NCBI GenBank assembly: GCA_010015585.1
Contig: ML975179.1
Reading direction: 5' to 3' (one strand)
DNA from: Eremomyces bilateralis CBS 781.70
Taxonomy: Eukaryota
Length of the DNA: 44,259 nucleotides
Of this stretch, positions 24,877 to 36,531 are shown piece after piece. The translations under genes and the position numbers were made by a program. How positions within the stretch are numbered: position 1 is the first letter of the stretch; every line of letters starts with the position of its first letter. The notes beneath the pieces are model-generated. The model saw only the letters and a list, made by a program, of their open reading frames with translations. It was not told the origin of the DNA and searched no databases.

Positions 24877-27875
24877 TCAACTTTTCATCACAAAAAACGC
24901 ACTCTCCAACAACTCCTCCGCCGTCGGCCGCTTCTCGTGATCAATCACAAACGTGCTGCGCAAAAACTCCGTCATCTCCTTGCTGGCATTGTCCGGAATC
25001 GTTGGGCTGCAATCCTGTGTGCTCCCGATTTTGAAGATTGCCTGCATCTGGCTGCAGTTCGGATGCGGATGGCTCCCGGAGAACATCTCCACCAGCAAGC
25101 ACCCCAGGCTCCAGATGTCCGCCTTCTTGGTGTACGACGTCTGCCGCACGACCTCGGGCGCCATCCAGAAGACGGAGCCCTGCAGCGAGACGCGGGCGCC
25201 GGCGCCGGACTTCGCGGCGGCGGGGCTGAGGAGTGAGGAGGCCTCGACGCGCTTGGAGATGCCGAAGTCGGAGATCTTGACGGAGCCTTTGTTGTCGACG
25301 AGGATGTTGGCGCCCTTGATGTCGCGGTGGATGATGTCCTTGCTGTGCAGGTACGCAAGGCCGTGGAGGATCTGCCGCACGAAGTTCTGGATCATGCCCT
25401 CTGGGAGGGGACCATAGTTGACGAGCATGGACGCCACGGAGCCACCGGGGACATACTCGAGGAAGATGTTCAGGTGGGATTCGTCGGAGTTGGAGCCGAG
25501 GTATTGCACAATGTTGGAGTGCTTGAGTTCGCGGAGAAGGCCAATTTCGTGCTTGAGGGCGTCGACCATGCTGTTCTTCTTGGCGTCGAGGGCGTTGTTG
25601 GAGGCGGACGACGGCATCTCGACTTGCTTCACGGCCATGAGTTCGCCGGTGACGGCGTGGAGCGCGAGATAGACGCTCCCGAACGAGCCTTGTCCGATCA
25701 GCGCACCTTTCATGTACTTGACGTTCTCCCACGAGTCTTGCTCGAGGTACTCGGTGAGCTCCTCGTCGGACCCCTCACTGTCGTCTTGAATGAGTTGTGA
25801 GAGACGCTTGTTGAGAGAGTCGCAGGGGTCGGATCCTGACATGCTGCTGTTCGCGGCGCTACTACTCGCGTCGTAATAACTCAGCATCGTCGCGCTGGCT
25901 TCCCCATCCGCCACGCTTACTTCGCTGTCGCCCGCGAACGAGACATACGATTTCCGGTTGGGTTCCAGGGGGGACTCCTCGTCTAGTGGCTCGAGAACCG
26001 ACGACGTTACGGAGTCGCGGTAGTTGGAGGCGTGCGGCAGCCCCAGCCGCATGACGGAGAGCGGCCGCAATGGCCTCGCTTGATTCATTCCCAGATATGC
26101 ATCGGATATGGCGGGCAACGGCGGCGCATCTCGAAGACCCGACGCGATGCTGACATTGCTAACCGTGCTTAACCGGTTGGCCGCACGGCTGATCCGGCGC
26201 GACCGCCGGACGGACATGCGCACGGCCTTGTCGATCTCGTCCTTCTGATACTCTGGGAAGTACGTCGATAGGTCCGAGGCAATGAGCTCGCTGGGTGGCC
26301 GGCCGCCATACAGTTCTTTAATCTTCCTCACGCGTGCGGCGGGTGGCATCCGCTCGCTATCCGATCGCTCCAGGTCCTGCGCGGCGGAATTGATGTGTCG
26401 TTCACGCTCACGGGCCGATGTTGGGGACAGCGGGTAGCTTACGGCCGCCAAGGACTCCCCGGTGATCTTCTCGATCTTCATCTGGCTAGACTTGCTGTTC
26501 GGGATGATGACGTGTTTCTGTGGCGGTTGTTGCATTTGCTGGCTCGCGATGTTCGCCGCCGCTCGCAGCTGGTCGTCTTCCGGTTTGCCCTTGTGGATCT
26601 TCCGGAGGATGAGTCGGCCTCGCTCGAGACGCGCTCGGTCGGTACATATGCTCAGGAGTTCGGCATCGTTTAATCGGCGGCAGCGCGAGGGGATCGGCTC
26701 GATTCCGTCCAGGACGTAGAAGCAGTGTGCGGTGACGTGGGCTTCGTTGAGTTGGCCTTTTCGTAAGCTCTTCAGGATGATGTCCTCGGCAGTCTTGCAG
26801 CCATCGATGCTGACCACGGATGAGTTGGCGTTTTCGAAAATGACTCGGATGAGGGGTTTGTCGGCAGGGAGGATACTGCTGTTGGTGACGGAACCGTCCA
26901 TGCTAGGGCTGGCACGGACGTGGGTAGCGAAGCGGGCGGTTTGTGGAGTGGTGTCGTTGGGAGTGGTTGATGATCGGCCGGGACCGTATGTGGAGGTACC
27001 TGGTATCCTTCCGCCTGATGAGCCTCCACTGGTAGGACCGTGGATGCCGTCTTTCTTGGGGCTATTCATGCCGTATTTGAGGCGACTCCGTTCTTGGTCT
27101 ACGAACGGGGAGCTTGGTCGCGATGAAGGTTTGCCGGACCCAAAGTTCCCGGCTGCGTAGCTGCTGAGCTCGGAAGCCATGATTTGGCGGGACATTCGTT
27201 TGTCGGAGCGAGTGCTGGTATTGGAGCGTGCGGAATGGAGTGGTCGAGGAGAGGCAGACGAGGGAGGAGTGTAGGCGGCAGTTTCGAGTATAACTAAGGA
27301 TTCCTGTACCAATGTAAGCATCATTCAACTTAACGTATAAGATTAATTTACCCTATTTGAAACCTTCTTGGACGCTTTATGGTACTCCTTATTCCGAAAG
27401 AGCTTTATTTGCGTGCTAATTCGAACGCGGTCGCCAACTTTCTTTATGCCAATGTCCTTGAGTGCCGTGGTCTCCATCTCCATGAGGACTTCGCCGCTGA
27501 TATTGTGTCCTGCGAGCGCGTCAGTCGGGCGGCACGGCAGCAACGGAGATCAACTTACTTCGGAAAGCTTCAGCATAATTGCCAAGACCGAGATTTTGAA
27601 GCCAGTCTCCAACACGCTCCTCGTCCCAGTGTCTGCCAGGTCTCTTAGCGGGAATCTAAGATACAGCGACGCGATAGTACGAACCTCACAGAATCATGTC
27701 CATCATAAAGCTCTGAGAATTCCGACTCCGTAGGGCTGGCGAAGAAGCCAGGCTGTTCCCTCACCGCGCTCGCTTGCACACGGTAGTTCCCAAGATTGGA
27801 AGCTTGTGACGAAGAGAAATTGTTTGCTCCCCCGTGTCCAGCCGGATACGGCGATTTGGAGGCGAGCATTGCCAT
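24877..27875 (-). CDS. STE11: MAP kinase kinase kinase Ste11/SteC, 4 exons
   Basis: SAM domain split over exons (HWDEERVGDWLQNLGL...NISGEVLMEM...GIKKVGDRVRI), a Ras-association region, RPPSELI, and a kinase domain with GQGSFG, MAVKQV, HRDIKGAN, DFG and SLQGSVFWMAPE. Confidence 0.95.
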
Positions 27876-28538
27876 TGTATTGAAGAATGGTAGGTACTCG
27901 ATGTATGACTATGGCAAGTGCTTTGTGAGAGACCGTTGTGAAGGGACCGTCGGGTATTAAGTGTTCAGCGAGGCATAAATGAATATAGAGTGGCGTAGAC
28001 GAGATGAAGCACAGAGTCGGTTCGGAGGTGAGGGTGCGGCGTACGCGAGACTGTGTCACCCAGGAAGGTGAACTGTTTGCGCAGCTATTGTGGTGCTATT
28101 GTCGGTGAATAGGCGTATTCCTCTACCAAAGAGAAGGTGACTATCGTCAGATGGTCAGTCAATCCATTTCCACGTCCTCTTCACCCTCTGTTTCATGGAA
28201 ATCTGGTGGTTCGATATTCACCAAGATGATACCTAGCGGGCAGGGAAACGTCAAAGGGAGATCAGTGGCGGCAATGTTGAACGAACAAAGACAGTGAACA
28301 GACGTGGCGAATAGAAAGGTAACCTGAGTCTGGAACAGATGATGACTTACCAGCCTATGAAACAAAGTGTCGGCCGAGTCGAAGAGAATGTGAAATGTGG
28401 AGGGATGATCTCGAAAGTGATCAACGATGGCGTAGGTAGGGTGAAGAGGGGTTGTATGTAGGAGGGTTGTCGCAGACGTTGATATCAAAGGACCGTAAGA
28501 GAAACTGGTCTGGCGAAGGATTGTGGTCCTTCCCTCTT

Positions 28539-28598
28539 TCTTTGATATCCCGATCTTTGATATCCCGATCTTTGATATCCCGATCTTTGATATCCCGA
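28539..28598. repeat. Perfect 15-bp tandem repeat (TCTTTGATATCCCGA) x4
   Basis: Four identical copies starting at 28539, 28554, 28569 and 28584. Confidence 0.95.
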
Positions 28599-30016
28599 TG
28601 TTCGTATATAGGAGAGGAGAGAGTAGGGGATGGGTGGTACCGAGGAGGAGGAAGCGAGTTTCGGTAGAGGATCGCGTCGCGCTGAGGAACGGGAAACGAT
28701 GATTCTCTCGGTGGCGGTATAGTCGTAACCCACGAAACCTCGGCGACAGCAGGCTCAATAGGCAAATGGGAGAGCAACCGACGAGAACTGGATCGGAGGA
28801 GAGAGTAGTGTCAGGGAGGAGCGTCGAATCAATGGGAATCAATGTACGGGGATGCGGCGAGATGCAGGGGGTTTTGCAGGGGCTGGCGGGTTGTCGTTGT
28901 TTCAGAACAAGGCGCATCAAACACCGATCCTTTCTTGGGCCTTTCTCTATTACAGTCTACACAGCTCTAGACCACCACCGTCTAGAAACATTAGGCAGTC
29001 GTTGATGCTCCTATCAGATGGAAACATGAGTTCCCTCGTCGTAATTACACAGTATTTCAGGCTTCAGAGGCATGAATAATGGAAGCACGACAGCTCCCAC
29101 CTGGTCTACCGTCGTCCGTCTATACAGAACCGAGTTCGAGATAGATACACCAATCCATCCACATTCCACGCCATCCCAGCTGACGGCTGCTTTTCGGCTC
29201 TCTCCTGTTTCGTTCTAATCAGACGCTCCACAGTCCCCTTGATTCGCCTCTCTTGAGACCTGAAGGCTGAATCATTCTAGAAGTTGTCTGGTTATCCGGT
29301 CTCACGGCTTGAGTCAGCAGAGAAATCGCAATCGTGGATCGAACGGGGATGATGGAGCCTGCCAGTGACATCTTCTCGACCTCCGTTCGATCATGATCCT
29401 TAGCCATGGAATCCCATATCGCACACGAGCCTTGGAATCCATCTTTAGCGTCTCTTGAAAGTCTTCTCGAATTGTTCTTCGAATCGGTTATGGACGGGTT
29501 GTATGCACCTCGAGTTACTCAGCATCCGAGCCTTCATCAGCCGGACAGTGTCTCTGCTGTACCACCATGACCCTGGATCATACAACACTGTTGGTGTGCA
29601 ATCATGTTGATCCATTACCCACGGCTCTGACAACACGAAACAAGTGGCAAGTGGCAAATCCGGGACCAACTGAGCTGATGAGAGTTCTCCTGTCCGCTAT
29701 ATTCCAGCATCTATCTCTATCAATTCCTTTTCATTGGTTTGAAAGAGGCGGCATCGCCCGAGAGTGGTTTCCTAGCGTTCCTTGTCCTCTTGTGCTTCTA
29801 AGTTAGGCTTCCTATATTAACTTATATAGTAAACCCGATCTGCCCGATCGCGGCCACACCGTTAGCGTCTGGTTATATTGCAACTTGGATGGGGCAGGAT
29901 CCAAAAATAGATGCATAGACGTACTGAATACATAGTACGAAGTGTTACCGAACTATTTATCCAGGGTTCTATCGCCATTAGAGCATCCTCTGCCTAGACT
30001 TGCGTCGGTATAAACC

Positions 30017-31589
30017 TCACTCCTCATCTATTCGCCTACCGAGCCGCTCGCTCAGGTACTCCGTCGTCTCAGTTGTCTCGAAGACGGAACGGAACGGAGC
30101 GTAGTCGACCACGTACATAGTAGTGTCTGAGTTCTCTGGCAGAACACCAACGGGGGCTTTCTGTTCCAGATAATTCAGAATCTGTAATGGATCGTTCCAC
30201 GGATGCTCTCTCCCAGATACCAGGTAAATCATTAGAAGGGGCAGCATGGTGAGCGAGTACAAGTCCGTTTCCAGCGTTGCATACTTTTTAAGGTCTCTCG
30301 AACTTGTCTTTCCCCTTTAATGGTCCTATGTCTTTGTCATGACGCTCTTTTGCAGCCGTCTTCCAATCGAAATTGTCCGGCGCGGTTCTCCTGGTGGGCT
30401 TCTCCTGATCAATTCAAACTTTCATGCCGACTGTCTTTGTCAGATTATAAACGAGGAAGCTTTCCCGCGATCACATCGGCAACCTGCGGACAAGTACTGA
30501 GATGAATATGGATAGGCAACTAGTCCATCAAGTCCATCAATTCACTTCGTATGGTGTTAGCTGCTAGGACAACCTTTGGTGGCATATCATCCCCGAGAGC
30601 ATGGTTCAGCAATGTTTCCTAGACACGAGTGTGTTATTGAGCAAGCTATGGGATCAGTGAAGTAAGGAGCAGGTGAATTCCGAAGGCACTTAATAAATAT
30701 ACTTTGGTCAACTTTATTAAGAACGAAGACCCTAACGGGAACCGGATAGCACGTTAAATTGAAATATTATTATTATTAAGAACGAACGCATGTGGCTTTG
30801 TCGGTGGCACCACACGGGGTTGCCAGAGGAATTGATCTGGAAACACCAGCTGGTTGGCCATTCAAGTGCTGTGCTTTTCTTTTGCAGGTTCCAGCTTCGA
30901 GTCCGATGTGGAACAACATTCTATGGGGATTCTCATAATACTTGCTATCCCATATCTTTTTATTACAAATAGCACAAGGTGCCCCTCTTTCACCGGGCAC
31001 GTACGTCGAAGATATCGGAATTTGTTGTCCAAAAGGATCAGGCTGGCACGGCCTGATCAGTCAGCGTTGTCAAGCATAAGATGCGTATTGCTCTCCCCTG
31101 GTCTATATTCGCAACCAGGTAAATACCGGCCCTGAAATTTTCCTATTAGGGGTCCTGTTCTTGAACTGGTAGGCTACTTTTGCAAACGAGAGATACGTCA
31201 GGACTTTGGGACCCAACATGAACCTGGAGATACCATAAAACATCAACCTCTTGTAGTTGAAGACCGTAGGTTTCAGCCTTTTCTGGCCTCTGCTCATCCC
31301 TATTAATACGCCTCAATGTAGCTGGCCACCACGTGCTCGACTTAGGTATTTGTAGCACTCAATCAAGCGACTCATCGGCATCATAACCGACAGTCCGACA
31401 CTGTATACGGAATATGGAGTAAGTAATTGGACATGAGTGTTTGTTGACTGGGAAATTGCCATATTGGTCGCCTGTTGACACTCGTCCCCTTTGGTCTATT
31501 ATGTTGTCTAGTGGCTGGGTCTCCACCTTTGTTTGATGTCTCATGAACCATGTTGCTACCTTAAGCTGCACATTGCCAGGCATCTGCAT
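30017..31589 (-). pseudogene. Possible decayed gene of unknown family
   Basis: A chain of short protein-like minus-strand ORF fragments separated by stops or frame changes (30017-30262, 30776-31000 with CAIC..H...H, 31103-31297, 31359-31589). No family recognised. Confidence 0.3.
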
Positions 31590-32287
31590 CTCGAGTGAAC
31601 AAAACAGCCGAGTTCAACTTTCGTTCCTTCATCCATCTATCTGGGGTCGATGGCCAGCAAATCCAATTTTACTCGCCAATCTCACTTGCCGCGACGTTTA
31701 AGCACCATCTCGCTGTCTCGCCGCCTCGCCGTGACCGAGCGCCTTTTAAGAAGACCTAAAACTCAGAAGAGAGTCTAGCTAATCCAATTGATACTGAACA
31801 CGGTACGGAGTTAACCAATGTGGAAGGTGTATGTACTTGACCCTTGGAGTCAGCCCCCTTATTCTGTTGGCTCAACCGTAGAACAGTAAACTGCTGCCAC
31901 CGCCACGAACGCCACGGTCGTATTAACCGTCTTATCGGTCTCATAAAATTGGACAGGAATAGGATTTATCCTTTCAAGAAAGAACTCCTTGGTCCCGGGC
32001 GAAATCCATCCAATTGAGCTGTTCCCTTAGGACCGGCCTTCCTGGATGAACCACGGACAGTAACCATTCTGATGGAACATCGCGATGGAGCTAGTATCCA
32101 GAGCTAGAAGACCGTGTCACCGGTGACGCGAGCTTGTCCGTTCCTCCATCGTCGTTAATAGGGATGTCGGCTTAAATAATGCCGCTATGTAGGTGCAATT
32201 CCATATTATGTTAGAGTCCCGAACTGTGGTTCAATATTTTCAAGAATCGTTCTCCCGTTGTGCCCTTCTTCATATTATCCTGGCGTT

Positions 32288-34120
32288 ATGGTTTCTCTAA
32301 AAGTCATTCAGCCGCTCCTACTCCTTTCCATCCTCACGGTAGCGGAAGATCTTGCTCGAACATGTAAAGCTGTACCGGGAACGGCGTCCTGGCCCTCCAC
32401 GTCTGATTGGGATGCGCTCAACAAGACACTATCCGGAAACCTCATCAAACCCCTTCCTCCTGGCGGCGTTTGTCACCCCGAGCAGCCAAACTACGACGAG
32501 GCGGCCTGTCCGGCTGTTCAACGTGCATGGACAACCTCATGGAGCTTCCACATCGAAGATCCAGTCGGCAATGGCTATAACAACTGGAACAACGACACTT
32601 GTCTGCCTGCCCCTGAGAACCCGTGCAGTGCTGACGGATATCCTTCGTACGTCATCAACGCAAATACAGCACAGCATGTCCAGGCCGGGATCAACTTTGC
32701 TCGCGAGAGGAATATTAGACTAGTCGTCAAAGGCACCGGACACGACTTCCGCGGCCGAACTGTGGCTCCCGACTCTCTGTCAATCTGGACGAGGCATTTG
32801 CGTGGTATCCAGGTGCGGGAGACTTTCGAAATCGAAACAGACCGGCAGCCGTGCAAGCAGTGCTCCTATGGACCGGTGGTCACATTTGCTTCCGGCGAGG
32901 ACCATAGCAGCGTTTTTGCAGAGGTCAACAAGCACGGCTTTATGCTTAATGTTGGCGCCGCCGGCAGTGTCGGCGAAGGTGGTTATACTACTGGCGGTGG
33001 GCACTCAGTCCTCAGCTTCCAGACAGGTCTCGCGGTCGACAATGTTATACAAGCCAGGATCGTCACGCCGGACGGGAAAATCGTCACGGCCAACCGATGC
33101 AAAAACAGCGAGCTCTTCTGGGCATTGTGCGGTGGTGGTGGCTCGACCCTCGGTGTCGTCCTGGACTTCACAGTCAATATCTTCCCGTCCGTCCCCATCG
33201 CATACTACACGTTCAACTTCGTATCCACTGGCACAGACATTGCGCACTTCTGGGACGCGGTCGCATACGTGGTCGGGAAGTATGCGGATATTTCGAAAGG
33301 CGGTGCAATGGGCTACACGTCCGTCGCACCAGCCCTCGGCACCTCTCCACCCGGCTACCAGGGAAGCTTCACGGCGCCAAATATGACCATATCCGAGCTC
33401 TCGGCGTTAATAGACCCAATCGTAGAAACGGTGGACGCTCTGTATCCCGGCGAAATCCAGACCGTCGTAGATACTAGCTCCTGGGGCTCCTTATATGAGT
33501 GGTGGACGGCCAACCCCGACATCACAACGGCCACTGGCATCAACGTAGTGATCGGCTCGAGGATCCTCGACGAGAGCGCCCTCAAGCATCCGCAGCTCGC
33601 GTCGTTGATTCAGAAGGCGACGCCTCCTCGCGGGCTGCGGTTGTATCTGGTGGCCGGGCCGGGTACTCACCAGTACGCGAACGATTGGAATTCTGTGACG
33701 CCAGCGTGGAGAACGGGCTATGTGCACGCCGGTAAGTCATGCTGTGGTCGATAGAAGAACATGTTTCTGACAACGGTGCAGTGGTCTCCGGACCATTCCT
33801 ACCCTTGAATGCCGCGTCGAAAGCTGCTGCAATTAACAACGTGACAACCACTTGGATGGATCCTCTACGGGAGCTCGCACCGAATACGGGTGCTTATCAG
33901 AATGAGGTATGATCCCTTTCTACCGCGTTCCCAAGCCTTTACTCATATTCTTTAGGCAAACGCTTTCGATCCGAACTTTCAACAGGAATTCTGGGGGAGC
34001 AATTACCCGCGACTGCTCAAGGCCAAAAGGCAGTTTGATCCCAATGATGTTTTCTGGTGCCGGAGCTGTGCTGGAAGCGAACGGTGGGAAGAAGTTGGTA
34101 CTCAGCTTTGCAAAGTCTGA
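32288..34120 (+). CDS. Secreted FAD-linked oxidoreductase (berberine-bridge-enzyme/VAO-like), 3 exons
   Basis: Signal-peptide-like start, CKAVPGTASWPS, KGTGHDFRG (FAD-attachment His) and GGGHS. The spliced BBE C-terminus reads GAYQNEANAF...FWGSNYPRLLKAKRQFDPNDVFWC. Introns 33732-33781 and 33907-33955. Confidence 0.9.
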
Positions 34121-34573
34121 AGCCAAGAGGACCTCGAAACTACCGCATGGCGCAGGCCTAAGCCAACTTCCCTTGTATTTCACTACCGCTTCCGGTCCTA
34201 TTAATTACAAGTAGAATCTGAGGACCTGTGAAATTGCCGCCGCAAAGAGCGGTTTGTGACGCGGTTTTTGGCGGCATTTCCACACGACCTGGTCACGAAA
34301 ATCAACCCTTCTCCTCCCAAAACACCCCGTAATGCCAAGCGCACGTGACTCTGTCCATCATCAGTTTCTTGAGTTGATCATCTAAGATCTAGAGTCGTTT
34401 TAACGCGTCTCGTGGTTGTTGGGGCCTGTGCACGATTTGACCGGATTACTCTGACCCCTCACAGTAGCACGGGAGGTGTCCCATCACGCATGGGAGAGGT
34501 TAGATTTCTTCCACATTGGATGGCTGATACCAATCTCGCCCGACACTGAGACACAGACCCCAATTCTATCGAT

Positions 34574-35628
34574 ATGAGGGTACCCACGATCTGCTTTGTA
34601 GCGGAGCGACTCAATTCGACGACATTCAAAATAGTTCGATGGCATTCAAAATAGTCGACGGCATTCAAAATAGTCGAGGAGGAGAAATATCTCGAGTATC
34701 CCCAGATATTTGTTAAAATCCTGGATGAGACGCTAGTCATTTTGGACACAGAATGTGGAGGTGCGGCGCAAGATCTGGATGTGACCGTGACCTCTTTACG
34801 AGAATATTTGGAGACCGTCCCCGTCGGAGATAATGGAAAGGAGCCGTTGAACCCAATTGCCAGACTGAGTTATATGGTAGTGTGCACGCACTGTCACTTC
34901 GACCATATCGGTACGCTCCCTTTGTGCGAAAGTATGGAGTATGAAGTCGGGTCTGACATCAATCAGGGGGGATCGAACAATTTCGTGATCATCCCAAATC
35001 GTCAATCTGCGCCAGTTCCTACGACCGCTCGTTTCTTTCTCCTGCGAACCTGCCTACGATTTCACTATGCAGGAACCTCGGAATCAGGACACCATCGTAT
35101 AAAGTGTCGCATTGGTTAGACGACGGCCAATTCCTCCAGTACAAGTCCAACTCCCTTCCGCTTCGGGTATTCCATACTCCAGGTCACACCCCGGACGAGC
35201 TAGCGATTTGGGACTCAGACGAGCGCGTGCTGTTCGTCGGCGACTCATTATATGAATGGGTTCCGATTATCTTTCCCTCGCAAGGGAATATAGTCCTCTT
35301 CAGTGACTCGATTGGTAGGATGAAGCAGCTCGTTGCGGAGTGGAATGCAGATGAGTCGAGCTCCAGAGTCAAAATTGCATGCAGGCATGTTACCTATGAC
35401 GCGGACGGAGAGCAGATACTAAGCGACGTAGAGGAGTTCTTGTGGCTTGTGGTTACTGGCGCCGTAAAACCGAAGCAGTCGGAAGAGTCCAGAGGCGATA
35501 TCTTGGACCTGTATGAGGGAGACGATGGGAAGTACTCGATAAGGTGCCCTCACAGACTGGTGCTCGATTTCCGTGTAGATGAAGAGGCAATGACGAAGCT
35601 GAAGCAACGAAATGGTCTCATTCCATAA
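34574..35628 (+). pseudogene. Metallo-beta-lactamase-fold hydrolase, probably disrupted near its 5' end
   Basis: THCHFDHIG (HxHxDH), HTPGHTPD and LFVGD, with intron 34911-34966. A tandem triplication at 34616-34673 places an in-frame TAG at 34652-34654. DTECG and ACRH stand where DTGCG and xGH are usual. Confidence 0.7.
34616..34673 (+). repeat. 19-20-bp tandem triplication (TCGAYGRCATTCAAAATAG)
   Basis: Copies at 34616-34635, 34636-34654 and 34655-34673. Confidence 0.9.
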
Positions 35629-35720
35629 ATCGTGGATTGTTATTCTCTTTTTTCTTTGGGGTGCGAGCATTGCCCTTCCCGGTGTATCTCATTGCTAGCC
35701 GAGCTTTAGATCAGCTACCA

Positions 35721-36233
35721 TCAAGATGACGTGTTTCGCATCCTTTGAGCTCTCCTCTCCTCGTGTCCGCTTATCTTCCTCCCCCAGAGATCTTTCCAGA
35801 TCCAAACGCCCACTACACCAACGATAGCACCACCGAGATGTGCCGTTGTATTCATAGACTTCACGAAGAAGCCCACAACCTGATCGAATACGACAATCGT
35901 CGCAAGTATTCCCCAGGCAGGATATAGTCCCGGGTCCTTGAAGAACAAACCCTCCAAAGAGACCTGGAAAGGTGCGTAAGGGTCGAGCATGTGGATTGCG
36001 GAGAGGAAGGCGAAAACTGCGCCAGAAGCCCCCATGCTGAAGATGTTAAACCGCGAGCGCAATGAATAGTAATACAGAGAACCAAGCGAGGAGAGGACGC
36101 CCGCAGAGAGGTAGAGAGGAAGGGCGAAGCCGCGATTGGAACGTCGTATGCTACCGAAATTGCCTCCAAAAACGGAGGTTCCTGACGGCGTCTTCTGCTG
36201 TCTTTCCACCTCGGCGAAACTCCATCGTTTCAT
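35721..36233 (-). pseudogene. Rhomboid protease C-terminal half (PARL/Pcp1-like), 5'-truncated
   Basis: LYLSAGVLSSLG, catalytic SMGASGAVF (GxSG) and TAHLGGAIVG (His) are present. The upstream SxFSH/HxxxN segment was not found by eye. Confidence 0.6.
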
Positions 36234-36531
36234 TACCGGAGGTGCCCAAAACTCCCCGTCACTGTGCCTAGGCCCTGCAGGCGCCGCTCAAGTTCGTCAC
36301 ACGTCAGAGCAACGCTATGTCAATGATCGTCATCTCCCACCATCGTCGCATGCCGTCTCATCGTCGAGTCATCGATCACCTCTTCACCAATCTCGTCGTG
36401 GGCGCTACTGGCACCATTTTCGTGCATGTCCATTGCTAAGGATTAATTTAGGGTTTATCCACTCGAGATTCTTCCGATGGCATCGCAGCATTGGCTTCCA
36501 TACCATCCACTTCCTACCAACCCAGACTGGA

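Noticed and set aside
24941..25800. Several long ORFs overlapping the STE11 kinase domain
   Set aside because: Alternative-frame and antisense artefacts of GC-rich codon usage.
28159..28920. 253-aa minus-strand ORF with GISKI repeats
   Set aside because: Low-complexity translation of the CT-rich STE11 upstream region and the 15-bp repeat; no domain evidence. A uORF role cannot be excluded.
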